Of a stretch of 64,000 nucleotides of DNA, positions 54,620-64,000 are shown piece after piece. Every line of letters starts with the position of its first letter. Position 1 is the stretch's first letter. A program made the translations under genes and the position numbers. A model generated the notes under the pieces. That model searched no databases and was not told the DNA's origin. It saw only the letters and a list, made by a program, of their open reading frames with translations. Source of the DNA: Cyanidioschyzon merolae (Eukaryota); NCBI GenBank assembly GCA_000091205.1, contig AP006499.2; one strand, given 5' to 3'.

Positions 54620-55999
54620 TCAAAGAATATTCACATACTCGCGAAGCATCGCGGTCAAACTTGGATGACGCAACTTTCGCAGAGCTCGTGACTCAATCAG
54701 GCGAATCGTGTGAACTGGTAACTTGAACCTTGCACTGAGTTCCTCCGCGGAGTGCGGACGTTCGTCATCCGAAATGCCGTACCTCAAACGAAGAATCTCG
54801 CGTTCCTGGAACGGAAGGGTGCGCAACACGCACTCGACATCTTCACGCATACAGCTCCGCTCCAGAGCCTCCTCGGGTGTCTCCTCTGTGGCCTCTATGA
54901 CGCTGCCAATGGAGAGCGGCGCCTCTCCCTGCTGTGCCTTGTAGAGACTCTGGGCCTCAGTGCTTGGTGGCCCCTCTAGACTAAGGGTCTGCGTTTCCCA
55001 GGCGTGTTGCGTGATCTTCTTCAGACGTTTCAGTGTCATATTGCATGCCTCAGCGACTTCCTCGTCCGTTGGTGGTCTCTTCAAAACGTGTTGCAAGCGG
55101 GCCCTCGTCCGATAAATCTGTCGCAATGATTCAGTCACATGATTGGGTAAGCGGATCGTGCGTGAGTGCTCAGACACACACCGCTGGATTGCCTGCCTGA
55201 TCCACCAAGTCGCGTAGGTTGAGAACTTGAAACCTTTGGAGGGATCGAACTTCTCCGCCGCGCGGATGAGGCCAATGGCTCCCTCCTGAATGAGATCGCC
55301 GAGAAAAATGTTATGCTGCCTCTGAAGTCGCACTCGTTCATGAGCGGGCACCTCTATTCCGCTCTTCGTCTTGGACCGCCAGGCAGAGCGCACTACTGCC
55401 CGAGACTTGTAACGATTGGCTATTGCTAGAACTAAACGCAAGTTTGCTGCGACAAGACGTTCACGCGCCCTCCGTCCACGTTCCACCCGCTGCTGGATTT
55501 CCTCTTCGGGCGCATCAACTGCAGCCGCCCACTCTGCGTTTGTAGGCTCACGCCCCAGGGTGTTCCGGAGCTCGTCACGTTGTTTCAACAGCGCGCAGTA
55601 GTCCTGCGTGGCTCGCGACAAACGCGCAACCTCCTCGTCAGAGATGCGGTCCAACTTACAGATCTCTCGGACATAGGCCGTGGCTGCACAGGTCGTCGTG
55701 TGATTCGTTCGACGTCGAGGCTTCTTCGCCGCGCTCGTCGGCTCCTCTAGCTCGTCAACTTCGACCTTCTCAAGATCTTCTTCTTGAGCAAGCACCTTGT
55801 TCTCGTCCTTGATAACAGGAACATTTGGCACCGAAACCAACGTCGACAACGAGCGCAGCGACTCCGGCAAGGACCCCAGCGGGGTAACCTTCATGTGCGG
55901 GGTCATCACTGCGTGGCCCCGCGCAACCCGCGAAACGGGACAGACCCGCGCAGCAACCTGCCGCTTAAGACTCGAGACGCGTGCCCAACTGAGAAACAT
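54620..55999 (-). CDS. sigma-70-family RNA polymerase sigma factor (nuclear-encoded plastid SIG) with N-terminal transit-like extension
   Basis: Region 2 ([40 protein letters not shown]), region 3, and region 4 ([50 protein letters not shown]). There is a true ATG at 55999; the first ~60 aa are R/S/V-rich. Confidence 0.85.
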   Translation of the reverse strand: MFLSWARVSSLKRQVAARVCPVSRVARGHAVMTPHMKVTPLGSLPESLRSLSTLVSVPNVPVIKDENKVLAQEEDLEKVEVDELEEPTSAAKKPRRRTNHTTTCAATAYVREICKLDRISDEEVARLSRATQDYCALLKQRDELRNTLGREPTNAEWAAAVDAPEEEIQQRVERGRRARERLVAANLRLVLAIANRYKSRAVVRSAWRSKTKSGIEVPAHERVRLQRQHNIFLGDLIQEGAIGLIRAAEKFDPSKGFKFSTYATWWIRQAIQRCVSEHSRTIRLPNHVTESLRQIYRTRARLQHVLKRPPTDEEVAEACNMTLKRLKKITQHAWETQTLSLEGPPSTEAQSLYKAQQGEAPLSIGSVIEATEETPEEALERSCMREDVECVLRTLPFQEREILRLRYGISDDERPHSAEELSARFKLPVHTIRLIESRALRKLRHPSLTAMLREYVNIL

Positions 56000-56437
56000 A
56001 GAGAGGGATACAAAGCAGTCTCCTCGTGAAACGAGGTGTCAGCTGCGTAACCAGGAAGAAACAGGTCCTGCTTGAGCACAGGTCACCGCAACGAGAGTAC
56101 AAAGAACGTTGGCTGAAACCCGCCGCGTGTAGGGCGTGTGCTCGCCCCCGATCTCAACGACGGCGGGGCAACGCAGTGACCTCAGGGCGCGCGCGCGCAC
56201 GCCCCAGGGCGTGGCTGGAGAGCTCGACCGCGGGTGTGGACCCCCGCCGGGGTGCACGCGCCCGAATCCCAGATCAGGGCGGTTGGTTAAGCGGGTGCAC
56301 GCTCGGCGCAGCGCGTCGGGATGCTGCCGTCTGAGTCTTAAAACTGGAATTTATTGGATATTTTGGTCGTGCGTCGGCTTCAGCAGGCGCCGGCGGCCGC
56401 GGCACACCTCAACCATCCCAGATACGGCATCGTGAGC

Positions 56438-57433
56438 GCGCGTCCGATAAAGGTGGAATCCTGAGATGTTCGCTTTGTTCTTGGCTTGCGATTTACGTTA
56501 CGAACGATTCCCAGAGGTACAGCGCCAGCATTCGGATCGCAGCAATAGGGGATGACGGATTCATACGTAGTTTCAGGATGATCGGTCATCGTTTCGAAAT
56601 GGCTCTTTCGAATCTCTTTCAGAGGGAACACGCAACGATACCACACTGAGGATGATCCTCGATGCCCTCGAACAACGGCTCCTAAAATAACCGATCTCAT
56701 CATCCAATGCATACGTACAAGCCTCCACGCCTCTCTTTTCCTCAGGTGCAGCACGATCGAATCACCCATGCCTCAAGGTATCGATCCGTAGGTTATGAGC
56801 GCAATCGTAGGCGCACCAATTTGGACTGCTGCATTACCATGGGGAAACAGTATTCGACATCGCTTCCCTAGGGCTGGCCTGTGACCTCGTTGCGGACGTT
56901 CGCTGAATTTGGCACGTTCAATAGTCGATTCGATTCGATTCGATTCGAATCGAATGACAAATCCGGCTCCATCTGCGGCTATCGACGAAACGGCAATCGA
57001 CTGCAGCACGGGAGGTGCCACGGGGTATGGGCTGCGGGGCTCCCGTGCCTTGCGTTTGCATGGAAATGATCATTGGGTCGGTCTCGGATCGTCCGTTGCG
57101 TTGGCATCCAGCGGATACTGCGTCACTGCGGTGCACGGAAAGCGGGTGCCTGGGTCGATATGTACGGACCTGATCTCCAGCCTGGATTTTCATCCTGGTA
57201 CGTGTTTCTTCCTGATGAACATCGCGTGCCGCAGACCCTCGTCTCGTCGCGAAACAGCGAAGAACAGAGGCTGAATACGATAGAGAAGAAGAAGACAAGC
57301 GAAGCGTAGATCGCAACGACCGCTTGTGCTTGCAATGGATGCACAGCAGCTGGAAGCCGCGTCATTGCGTCGATAACGCTGCTATCAACAATCCTTCGAC
57401 TGCTCAAGATGGAGTTGGTGCAAAAAGGGAGAC
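56438..57433. repeat. ~995-bp direct repeat, copy A (>98% identical to copy B)
   Basis: From cgcgtccgataaaggtggaatcctgagatgttcgc... to ...ctcaagatggagttgg. It contains a (CGATT)n/(GATTC)n microsatellite at ~56925-56960 (more units than copy B) and a 129-aa minus ORF duplicated in copy B. Confidence 0.9.
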
Positions 57434-57860
57434 CAGCAGATTGAAAGCCGGAGATTCGAGCGAGGAAAAGGACGGAGTTCCAGATAAAGCACGCAAATGC
57501 TTGTGTTGATCACTGAAAAAGAAAGCGACTCACACCCTATAGTCTCCATCCGTTTTTAGGGAGTTGATCGGTTCGGTTTTCTGTCTGACATGGGTGCAAA
57601 ACCCCAAATATGTGACCTATGCGTTTTGAAAAGCCGACATACTTCACGGCCTCCTGCGGTGTGCAACTGCAGCTGCAGCACCTGCGGCTCGGTATCGCAA
57701 GCGGCATTCTACTCAGAGGCCGCCATGTAACGCGTCGCGGTGCGTCCAGCCGGTGGGCGGTGTCCTGGCTGAGTCGCAGCGCCGGGCGTAGCTGACGTCG
57801 AGTGCGAGCCTGGTGGTAGCCAGCGACTTCCTCCGTACCAGCACGAGGCACTGACAGGTC

Positions 57861-58853
57861 ATGTTCGTGGCACTCGGACCTGCCAAACTAGGCCTTGACC
57901 GGCGGCTTGGAGCCCCTCGAGTTTCAAACCGGTTGAGGACGTTAAGGCTGTCGTTCGCGGAACGCGTGGAGCGCAGCTTGCGGAGAAAGTTTCCTGCCGA
58001 CTCGGTCGCCCGTGTAATCCAAGCTTGGCGACAAATTCAAAGAGGCGAGATGCTTCGCGAGGATCAGAGGGAGGCACATAGCTATATTCGAGGACTTCGC
58101 ACTGCCAGGTTTTTTGATAACGCCGAGTTTCCCTGGGCGGCTGCTCTCGAGAGGAACTGGGAGACCATCCGCGACGAACTGCGGCACTGGGAAACGCGAC
58201 GCCAGGAGCTCGAGGCGCTTGGCTCGCAAGTTTGGGTTACTGCAGCTCGAGCGGAGGCCGTTGCCTATGGCCCGGACTGGCGCACCCTGGTTCTGCAGGA
58301 TAGACGCTGGCATGACGACAACTGCAAGCTCTTCACCAAAACGACAAGAATTATTCGGGATTGCGGTGTGCCGTCAGTCGAGGCTTTTTTTGCCAGGCAA
58401 GCACCCCAGAGCGGCATCAAGCTTCATTCTGACGGATGCAACTTTATTTTGACAGCGCATTTGGCACTTCAGGCACCGCCACGACAGTCATGGATTGCAG
58501 TTGGCGGCGAGCGCCGTTTCTGGGAAGACGGGAAGGTGCTCATTTTCGATACCAGCTATCTCCATGAAACATATAACGAGAGTCAAGACTCTGATCGGTA
58601 CGTTCTTTTGTTGCGTTTCTGGCATCCTGAAACAACTAGAGTAGAGCGCGAGGCCTTGCAGTACATTTTTGACGTGGTCGACAACCCGTCGTGGGTCGAT
58701 CGAGACCTGAATGATCTGGGAGCAGGTCTCGATTCCTCGCTCGTAGAAGATTGGATACAGCGTCCGAATAGGAAGGCGCGGCGTGGCACCGGCGGCAAAG
58801 ACCGCAAGGACCGCACGTTAAATCCGCCCAGGGGTTTCGGTCGCTCGGAATGA
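57861..58853 (+). CDS. aspartyl/asparaginyl beta-hydroxylase-like (2OG-Fe(II) oxygenase, AspH/Asp_Arg_Hydrox family) protein
   Basis: FFDNAEFPWAAALERNWETIRDEL, RRWHDDNC and KLHSDGCNFILTAHLALQAPP resemble the conserved AspH catalytic-domain motifs (Fe-binding His in HSD...H). There is a true ATG at 57861. Confidence 0.65.
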   Translation: MFVALGPAKLGLDRRLGAPRVSNRLRTLRLSFAERVERSLRRKFPADSVARVIQAWRQIQRGEMLREDQREAHSYIRGLRTARFFDNAEFPWAAALERNWETIRDELRHWETRRQELEALGSQVWVTAARAEAVAYGPDWRTLVLQDRRWHDDNCKLFTKTTRIIRDCGVPSVEAFFARQAPQSGIKLHSDGCNFILTAHLALQAPPRQSWIAVGGERRFWEDGKVLIFDTSYLHETYNESQDSDRYVLLLRFWHPETTRVEREALQYIFDVVDNPSWVDRDLNDLGAGLDSSLVEDWIQRPNRKARRGTGGKDRKDRTLNPPRGFGRSE

Positions 58854-59755
58854 TGATGCCTTGGCTTCTCCGAGGCTGTGCCATTCAAGCGCTTGCGCGT
58901 TCGCGATCGACATTGGGTGCTCTTAGAATTTTCCAAGACATATTGTTTCTGAACTTGGCGTGCACAGAGGGTCAGCCTGGTGATTTCCAAACGTAACGTG
59001 GTTTCGCACGGGGAGTACTGCTCGACGAGCACGTCCCGCGAGGACTAGCGAGACACGCGACGACGCCAAAGGTGTATTACCGCTCCCAGTCTGGATTGCT
59101 TTTCGTGGATAGCCCAGAGCTTTACCCGGGAGCAAAGGACAACAAAAGAGCAGCGTACATGCCTGTATTAGCATCACTCGATCATGTGGCACAGGAGCCG
59201 GTTCAACTGCTAGCAACATGCGTTCACTCAAGGAAACATTCGACTGTAAACGAAAGCAGCAAGCTGTTTTGAGTCTCTTCTCGAATGCGGCAACATGGCG
59301 CTTAGCATTCAGTATTCCCTTTTCCAGGATGTCGAGCTATGGTTTCAGCGTCTGTGCATCTTGTGTTGCATATTAGCTGACATCGATGCGAGTCGTAAGA
59401 GCAAGTTGCAGAACAGCTACAAGCTCTGTTCACGAACAGGTCCATGTGTGGCGCTGGGCAAGCTCATTCGCGGGATTTTGATCAGCACTAGAGCGACAGC
59501 GATCTCAGGGTTGTGCAGTACATCACTTTCGCATGATCGACTTGATTGAATGTCAGCTTCGAGCGGCACGTTTTCAGTAATGGCTTCCAAGGGCATCTTC
59601 TGGAGCCCGGCTTCAGTGCATGATGCGCCACCTTTTCACTCTCGTGTGCAGGGCGTGCTGTGGGAAAATACATTGTACGGAAATCGATTGATTTGCGATG
59701 TAATCATGGCTCCGTGATGGTTCCAGCTGGCACCACCAGCTCATTCCGCAATACC

Positions 59756-60745
59756 CGCGTCCGATAAAGGTGGAATCCTGAGATGTTCGCTTTGCTCTTG
59801 GCTTGCGATTTACGTTACGAACGATTCCCAGAGGTACAGCGCCAGCATTCGGATCGCAGCAATAGGGGATGACGGATTCATACGTAGTTTCAGGATGATC
59901 GGTCATCGTTTCGAAATGGCTCTTTCGAATCTCTTTCAGAGGGAACACGCAACGATACCACACTGAGGATGATCCTCGATGACCTCGAATAACGGCTCCT
60001 AAAATAACCGATCTCATCATCCAATGCATACGTACAAGCCTCCACGCCTCTCTTTTCCTCAGGTGCAGCACGATCGAATCACCCATGCCTCAAGGTATCG
60101 ATCCGTAGGTTATGAGCGCAATCGTAGGCGCACCAATTTGGACTGCTGCATTGCCATGGGGAAACAGTATTCGACATCGCTTCCCTAGGGCTGGCCTGCG
60201 ACCTCGTTGCGGACGTTCGCTGAATTTGGCACGTTCAATAGTCGATTCGATTCGATTCGATTCGAATGACAAATCCGGCTCCATCTGCGGCTATCGACGA
60301 AACGGCAATCGACTGCAGCACGGGAGGTGCCACGGGGTATGCGCTGCGGGGCTCCCGTGCCTTGCGTTTGCATGGAAATGATCATTGGGTCGGTCTCGGA
60401 TCGTCCGTTGCGTTGGCATCCAGCGGATACTGCGTCACTGCGGTGCACGGAAAGCGGGTGCCTGGGTCGATATGTACGGACCTGATCTCCAGCCTGGATT
60501 TTCATCCTGGTACGTGTTTCTTCCTAATGAACATCGCGTGCCGCAGACCCTCGTCTCGTCGCGAAACAGCGAAGTACAGAGGCTGAAGACGATAGAGAAG
60601 AAGAAGACAAGCGAAGCGTAGATCGCAACGACCGCTTGTGCTTGCAATGGATGCACAGCAGCTGGAAGCCGCGTCATTTCGTCGATAACGCTGCTATCAA
60701 CAATCCTTCGACTGCTCAAGATGGAGTTGGAGCGAAAAGAGAGAC
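59756..60745. repeat. ~990-bp direct repeat, copy B
   Basis: Collinear with 56438..57433 with a handful of substitutions and a shorter (GATTC)n array (~60240-60265). The flanks outside the repeats are unrelated. Confidence 0.9.
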
Positions 60746-62124
60746 TTGCGTATCAAGAGCCGGCGATAAGTCGTAGGAGAAAGATGCATTCGCAGGAAAA
60801 CCAGCAAACGCTGGTCTTCATAGCGCTTGGAGTAGACCGAAACTTGTGAATATATGCTCCCGCTCGAAACGCGGACCTGGTTCTTTTTTATTTTGGAGTG
60901 GGTGTAGAACCATGTCAAGATAAGAGTATCTGCGATCAAGTCACGCTGGCGCTCGCTCTTCGATATTCGCAGGCGGAGGCCTTGGCGGCTGCTATCAGAA
61001 TGCCATCCATAACCGGGTCGAGCTCCGTTTTCCCTGTTTCCGAGCATTTCCGCCTATTGTAACACTTTAAAGTCAGTTGATCATCTGAGGCACGAGTTGT
61101 CAAACCATTGGTTCAAAGATCAGCCCCGACCGAAGCGGGCCTGCTCAGCATCTCTGGCAGGCTCATAGCCCTTTGGGCGCTCCGGTAGCCGCTCGAGATG
61201 TAGAGATTCAGCACCAAGTCACCGGGACGTCGTTCAGCGCATATTCTGGTGCCCCGAACAGCGGTTTTTGCCGCGTGATATCGCGGAAACGAGGCAAAAC
61301 TTCCCGAATGCGCAAGCGGGAATCGCAACCTGCTAAAGACCGAAGTTACTCACCAGGTGTGATAACATTCCCCGCAAATCCAATATCAAGTTCTATGCTC
61401 GAATAAAGGCCTCATCGATCCAGCAAGCCACCAGAACCGAGCGCTACTGGTGGTGCACCCTGCGACGTCGGATGCGTCGCCGCCGCGGTACCATTACCGA
61501 GATGGAACCGCGTTGCAGTCCGTAATCGGTCATCGGTTCGAGGTCGTCTAGCCAGCGATTGCATAGTGTCTGTTCACGGTTTAGAGTTACGACGATTCGT
61601 TGACGAGGCGCGCAGCCCATGTTGCCGCTTCTGTGCATGCATCGACCCAGCTCAAGATTGACTCCGGGGACACCCTGCATAGACTCGGAAGGCGAAAATT
61701 CATACCTACGCTTTGGAGACGAATGCACAGTCGGAGACAATTCGAGACAGGCACGCGCACTCTCCGCCGCATGAAAGCTACCAAGCGGCTCGCTTGTGTC
61801 CGAGCCTAACGTCGTGCGAGAAGACGGTGCAGTGTACCTGGCCAACACCACGCCATCATTTCAGCTATGGGTAGCTCGCTTTAAATCTGCATGATTTGGG
61901 CATCGTATACGCCACCAGTCTCGAGCAGTACACACCAGGGATGATAGAGCGCCTCATGATCTGACAGAATGATTAGCAACATCGCGGATGCACGCTGCAG
62001 AAGACCATGCGATCGACAGCTGCGAGGCCGTCCTCGGTACGCATCGATTGTGCACCGACACGCTGCCCAGACGCACGGAATCGCGGTAGCCCAGCAACGT
62101 GCATCTTCAAACTATATCTTTCTG

Positions 62125-62400
62125 AACTTTATGGTTAAAATATCCAACAATATACCCCAAATGCTCGCGGACAGCGTTCGCAGAGGCAATACCCGATGAA
62201 CAGAAATATCACTAAAATATACTTTCCTCCACCTTATGGGAAAGAGTGTACCAACATTCCGACTCGATATGCGCGCGGACAGCGTCCCCCGGAGGCGATT
62301 CCCGATGAACAGGTACATCACAAAAATATACATTCCAGAACTTTATGGAAAAGTATACCCAGAATTGGACTCCAAATGCGCGCGCAATCGATCCAGCGGG
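62125..62400. repeat. ~108-bp tandem repeat, ~2.6 units
   Basis: Units begin ctttatgg..aaa at ~62125, ~62233 and ~62341. The shared core is gcgcggacagcgt.c.c.gaggc.at.cccgatgaaca....atcac.aaaatata. It sits ~400 bp upstream of the CHD gene ATG. Confidence 0.8.
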
Positions 62401-62810
62401 CCAATGCTGCGTGCTGAGCAAGCAGACGCGTACGCGTCGCCAGAAGCGCCCCGTGCCTGCCCGCGATCCAGCGGCTGCCAGCAGCAGCTCCAGCACCGAA
62501 ACGTAAATCGCGCGCCTCCACACGCGCCAGTAGAGGCAGGTGTAGCCATCGGCGATGAGCCGGCGCGCGCTGTTCAGATGCCGCGCTCCAGCACTAGCCG
62601 GCAGCAAACGCGCTTGCAACGACAACAAGTATGCGAATATGGTCAATGCGCGATCATGGCTGCTGGCCCCCCACGGGGAACAACACGGAGCCGGCGGTTG
62701 CGCGCTAGACGTGACACGGGAACGCAGCGCCTCTGTCGTCGGCGGTGTGTTTGGAATTGGTGTTCGTGAACTTTGGCAAGTTGACGGCTTGAAAGAGAGC
62801 GTTGGGCTGC

Positions 62811-64000
62811 ATGGGGCTTCAGCTGGAACACACTGGGAGACGTTTGCGAGGTGACTCAGCACGTCAGTCGAAACGCTCGCGCTCGGAGTCGTCCTCCGGA
62901 ACCGATGCGCTCAGTGAAGCTAGTTCGTGGTTGCGCGATGAGAGCAGCGGGCTCTATCCTGAAGCAGAGGGTGTTCGTCGACAACCGAGGCGCAGTGCGC
63001 GGGCTAGCCGCTCGATGCGTGTTGAGTCTAGCGCTTCGGAGCAGAGTGATGAGGCTCTGTACCTGAGTGATTCGTCGACGAGCTCGCAGTCTTCGACTGG
63101 AGCCGATAGCGAAGCGTGCGTGCCGCGAGCAAAGCGTCGTCGTGAAGCGCGAGGCTCGGAGGCAACCCGCTCCAGCCGAGGGGAGGTTGAAGAGGTTTCC
63201 GATGCACACACTCCGAGAACACCCGGCGATCAGGGTGCTTCGTTGGACTCGTACCCAATGGAGCGCATCCTTGCGCGGCGTGTACGCCATATGACCCTGG
63301 AAGAGGCGGCTGAGATGAACTCGAGTTTGTCACCAGCGTCGAAAGTCTCTGCTGGCGCCGAAGAGCGTTCGCCTGCAGAGGGCTCGGGCGACCGCGGTCG
63401 TCTGCGTACCCCCATGGTAGAGGAGTACCTGATCAAGTTTAGGGGACTCTCCTATATACATTGCCAGTGGGTCCGGGAGGATTTTATTCTGGCGCAGCCC
63501 AGTGGGAAGCAGCGTCTCCAGCGGTTTCTGAGCAAAGAACAACAAGAGGCTGCATACCGAGGTGTCCGAGGTGTCCTGGGATCGGCCTCCGATGCTGAGG
63601 ATCACGATGAGGAGGACGAAGCAATTCCCGAAGACTTCGTCACGGTGGATCGAATCATAGCCGAACACGTGGGCCCCGACGGCACACGGCAGTTCCTCGT
63701 CAAGTGGTGCTCGCTCGGCTACGATGAGTGTACCTGGGAATACGAGCACGAAGTCCAGGACGATCTCAAAATCAAGGAATTTTACGAGCGGAATACGCTG
63801 CCACCGGAAAGCGAGCGAAAACGGCCACCACGGCCAAACCCAGCAAGCTTCGTGAGGCTCTCGAATCCATCCTTTAAAAATGGAGGCGAGCTACGCGAGT
63901 ACCAGCTCGAGGGCCTCAACTGGCTGGTGCATTGCTGGTTCAAACGTCAGGGGTCCATTCTGGCCGATGAAATGGGCCTGGGCAAGACCATTCAAGCTGT
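62811..64000 (+). CDS. CHD-family chromodomain-helicase-DNA-binding protein (5' part; continues beyond window)
   Basis: Frame from ATG 62811 (stop upstream at 62790) reads MGLQLEH...S/E/R-rich N-terminus. Then tandem chromodomains ([17 protein letters not shown]...[21 protein letters not shown]...; [37 protein letters not shown]). Then SNF2 motif I ([36 protein letters not shown]) at the window edge. Confidence 0.8.
   Translation, partial: MGLQLEHTGRRLRGDSARQSKRSRSESSSGTDALSEASSWLRDESSGLYPEAEGVRRQPRRSARASRSMRVESSASEQSDEALYLSDSSTSSQSSTGADSEACVPRAKRRREARGSEATRSSRGEVEEVSDAHTPRTPGDQGASLDSYPMERILARRVRHMTLEEAAEMNSSLSPASKVSAGAEERSPAEGSGDRGRLRTPMVEEYLIKFRGLSYIHCQWVREDFILAQPSGKQRLQRFLSKEQQEAAYRGVRGVLGSASDAEDHDEEDEAIPEDFVTVDRIIAEHVGPDGTRQFLVKWCSLGYDECTWEYEHEVQDDLKIKEFYERNTLPPESERKRPPRPNPASFVRLSNPSFKNGGELREYQLEGLNWLVHCWFKRQGSILADEMGLGKTIQA

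Noticed and set aside
54620-55999. Sigma-70 factor as evidence that the window is bacterial or contaminant.
   Set aside because: It is embedded between unmistakably eukaryotic genes on the same contig (MAPK, Sec63, CHD, Pol III tRNA with intron) and carries an N-terminal transit-like extension. This is endosymbiotic-origin nuclear SIG rather than a bacterial locus.
56380-56769. 129/157-aa minus ORF present in both ~990-bp direct repeats (MGDSIVLHLRKREAWRLVRMHWMM...), which could be a duplicated small gene or a transposon-encoded protein.
   Set aside because: No recognisable domain. The duplication is explained by the repeat itself, so it is kept as part of the repeat description rather than called a CDS.

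Overview
This is GC-rich (~55-58%), intron-poor eukaryotic nuclear DNA, not prokaryotic. It carries long uninterrupted ORFs for CDK9-like, MAPK and STE20-like kinases, Sec63, Fis1, PRA1, a DGAT1/ACAT-type MBOAT, a CHD chromodomain helicase, a tRNA-Asn with an intron, and microsatellites. A nuclear-encoded sigma-70-type plastid sigma factor, a nuclear Nad9/NDUFS3 with a presequence, and chorismate mutase and adenylosuccinate lyase with N-terminal extensions point to a plastid-bearing alga. A compact intron-poor alga such as a cyanidiophyte red alga is possible but unproven. About 17 protein genes are supported at roughly one per 3.5 kb. The most unusual content is a family of TnpB/Fanzor-like (OMEGA-type, RuvC-III DxNAAxNI) transposon remnants. 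One near-full-length but disrupted copy sits at ~21.5-23.5 kb. At least five short relics (two sequence subfamilies) retain only the last ~35-45 codons plus a ~230-nt non-coding 3' module that is conserved at the nucleotide level; this module is a candidate omegaRNA or right-end element. Other notable structures are a pair of ~990-bp direct repeats (>98% identical) bracketing an aspartyl/asparaginyl beta-hydroxylase-like gene, three promoter-region tandem minisatellites (69, 72 and ~108 bp units), and an STE20-family kinase whose catalytic HRD is HRN and DFG is DYT (a predicted pseudokinase). Caveat on coordinates: the ORF track translates TTG, GTG and CTG as M, so many listed ORF starts are not real ATG starts; CDS starts below were moved to the first in-frame ATG where I could verify one.
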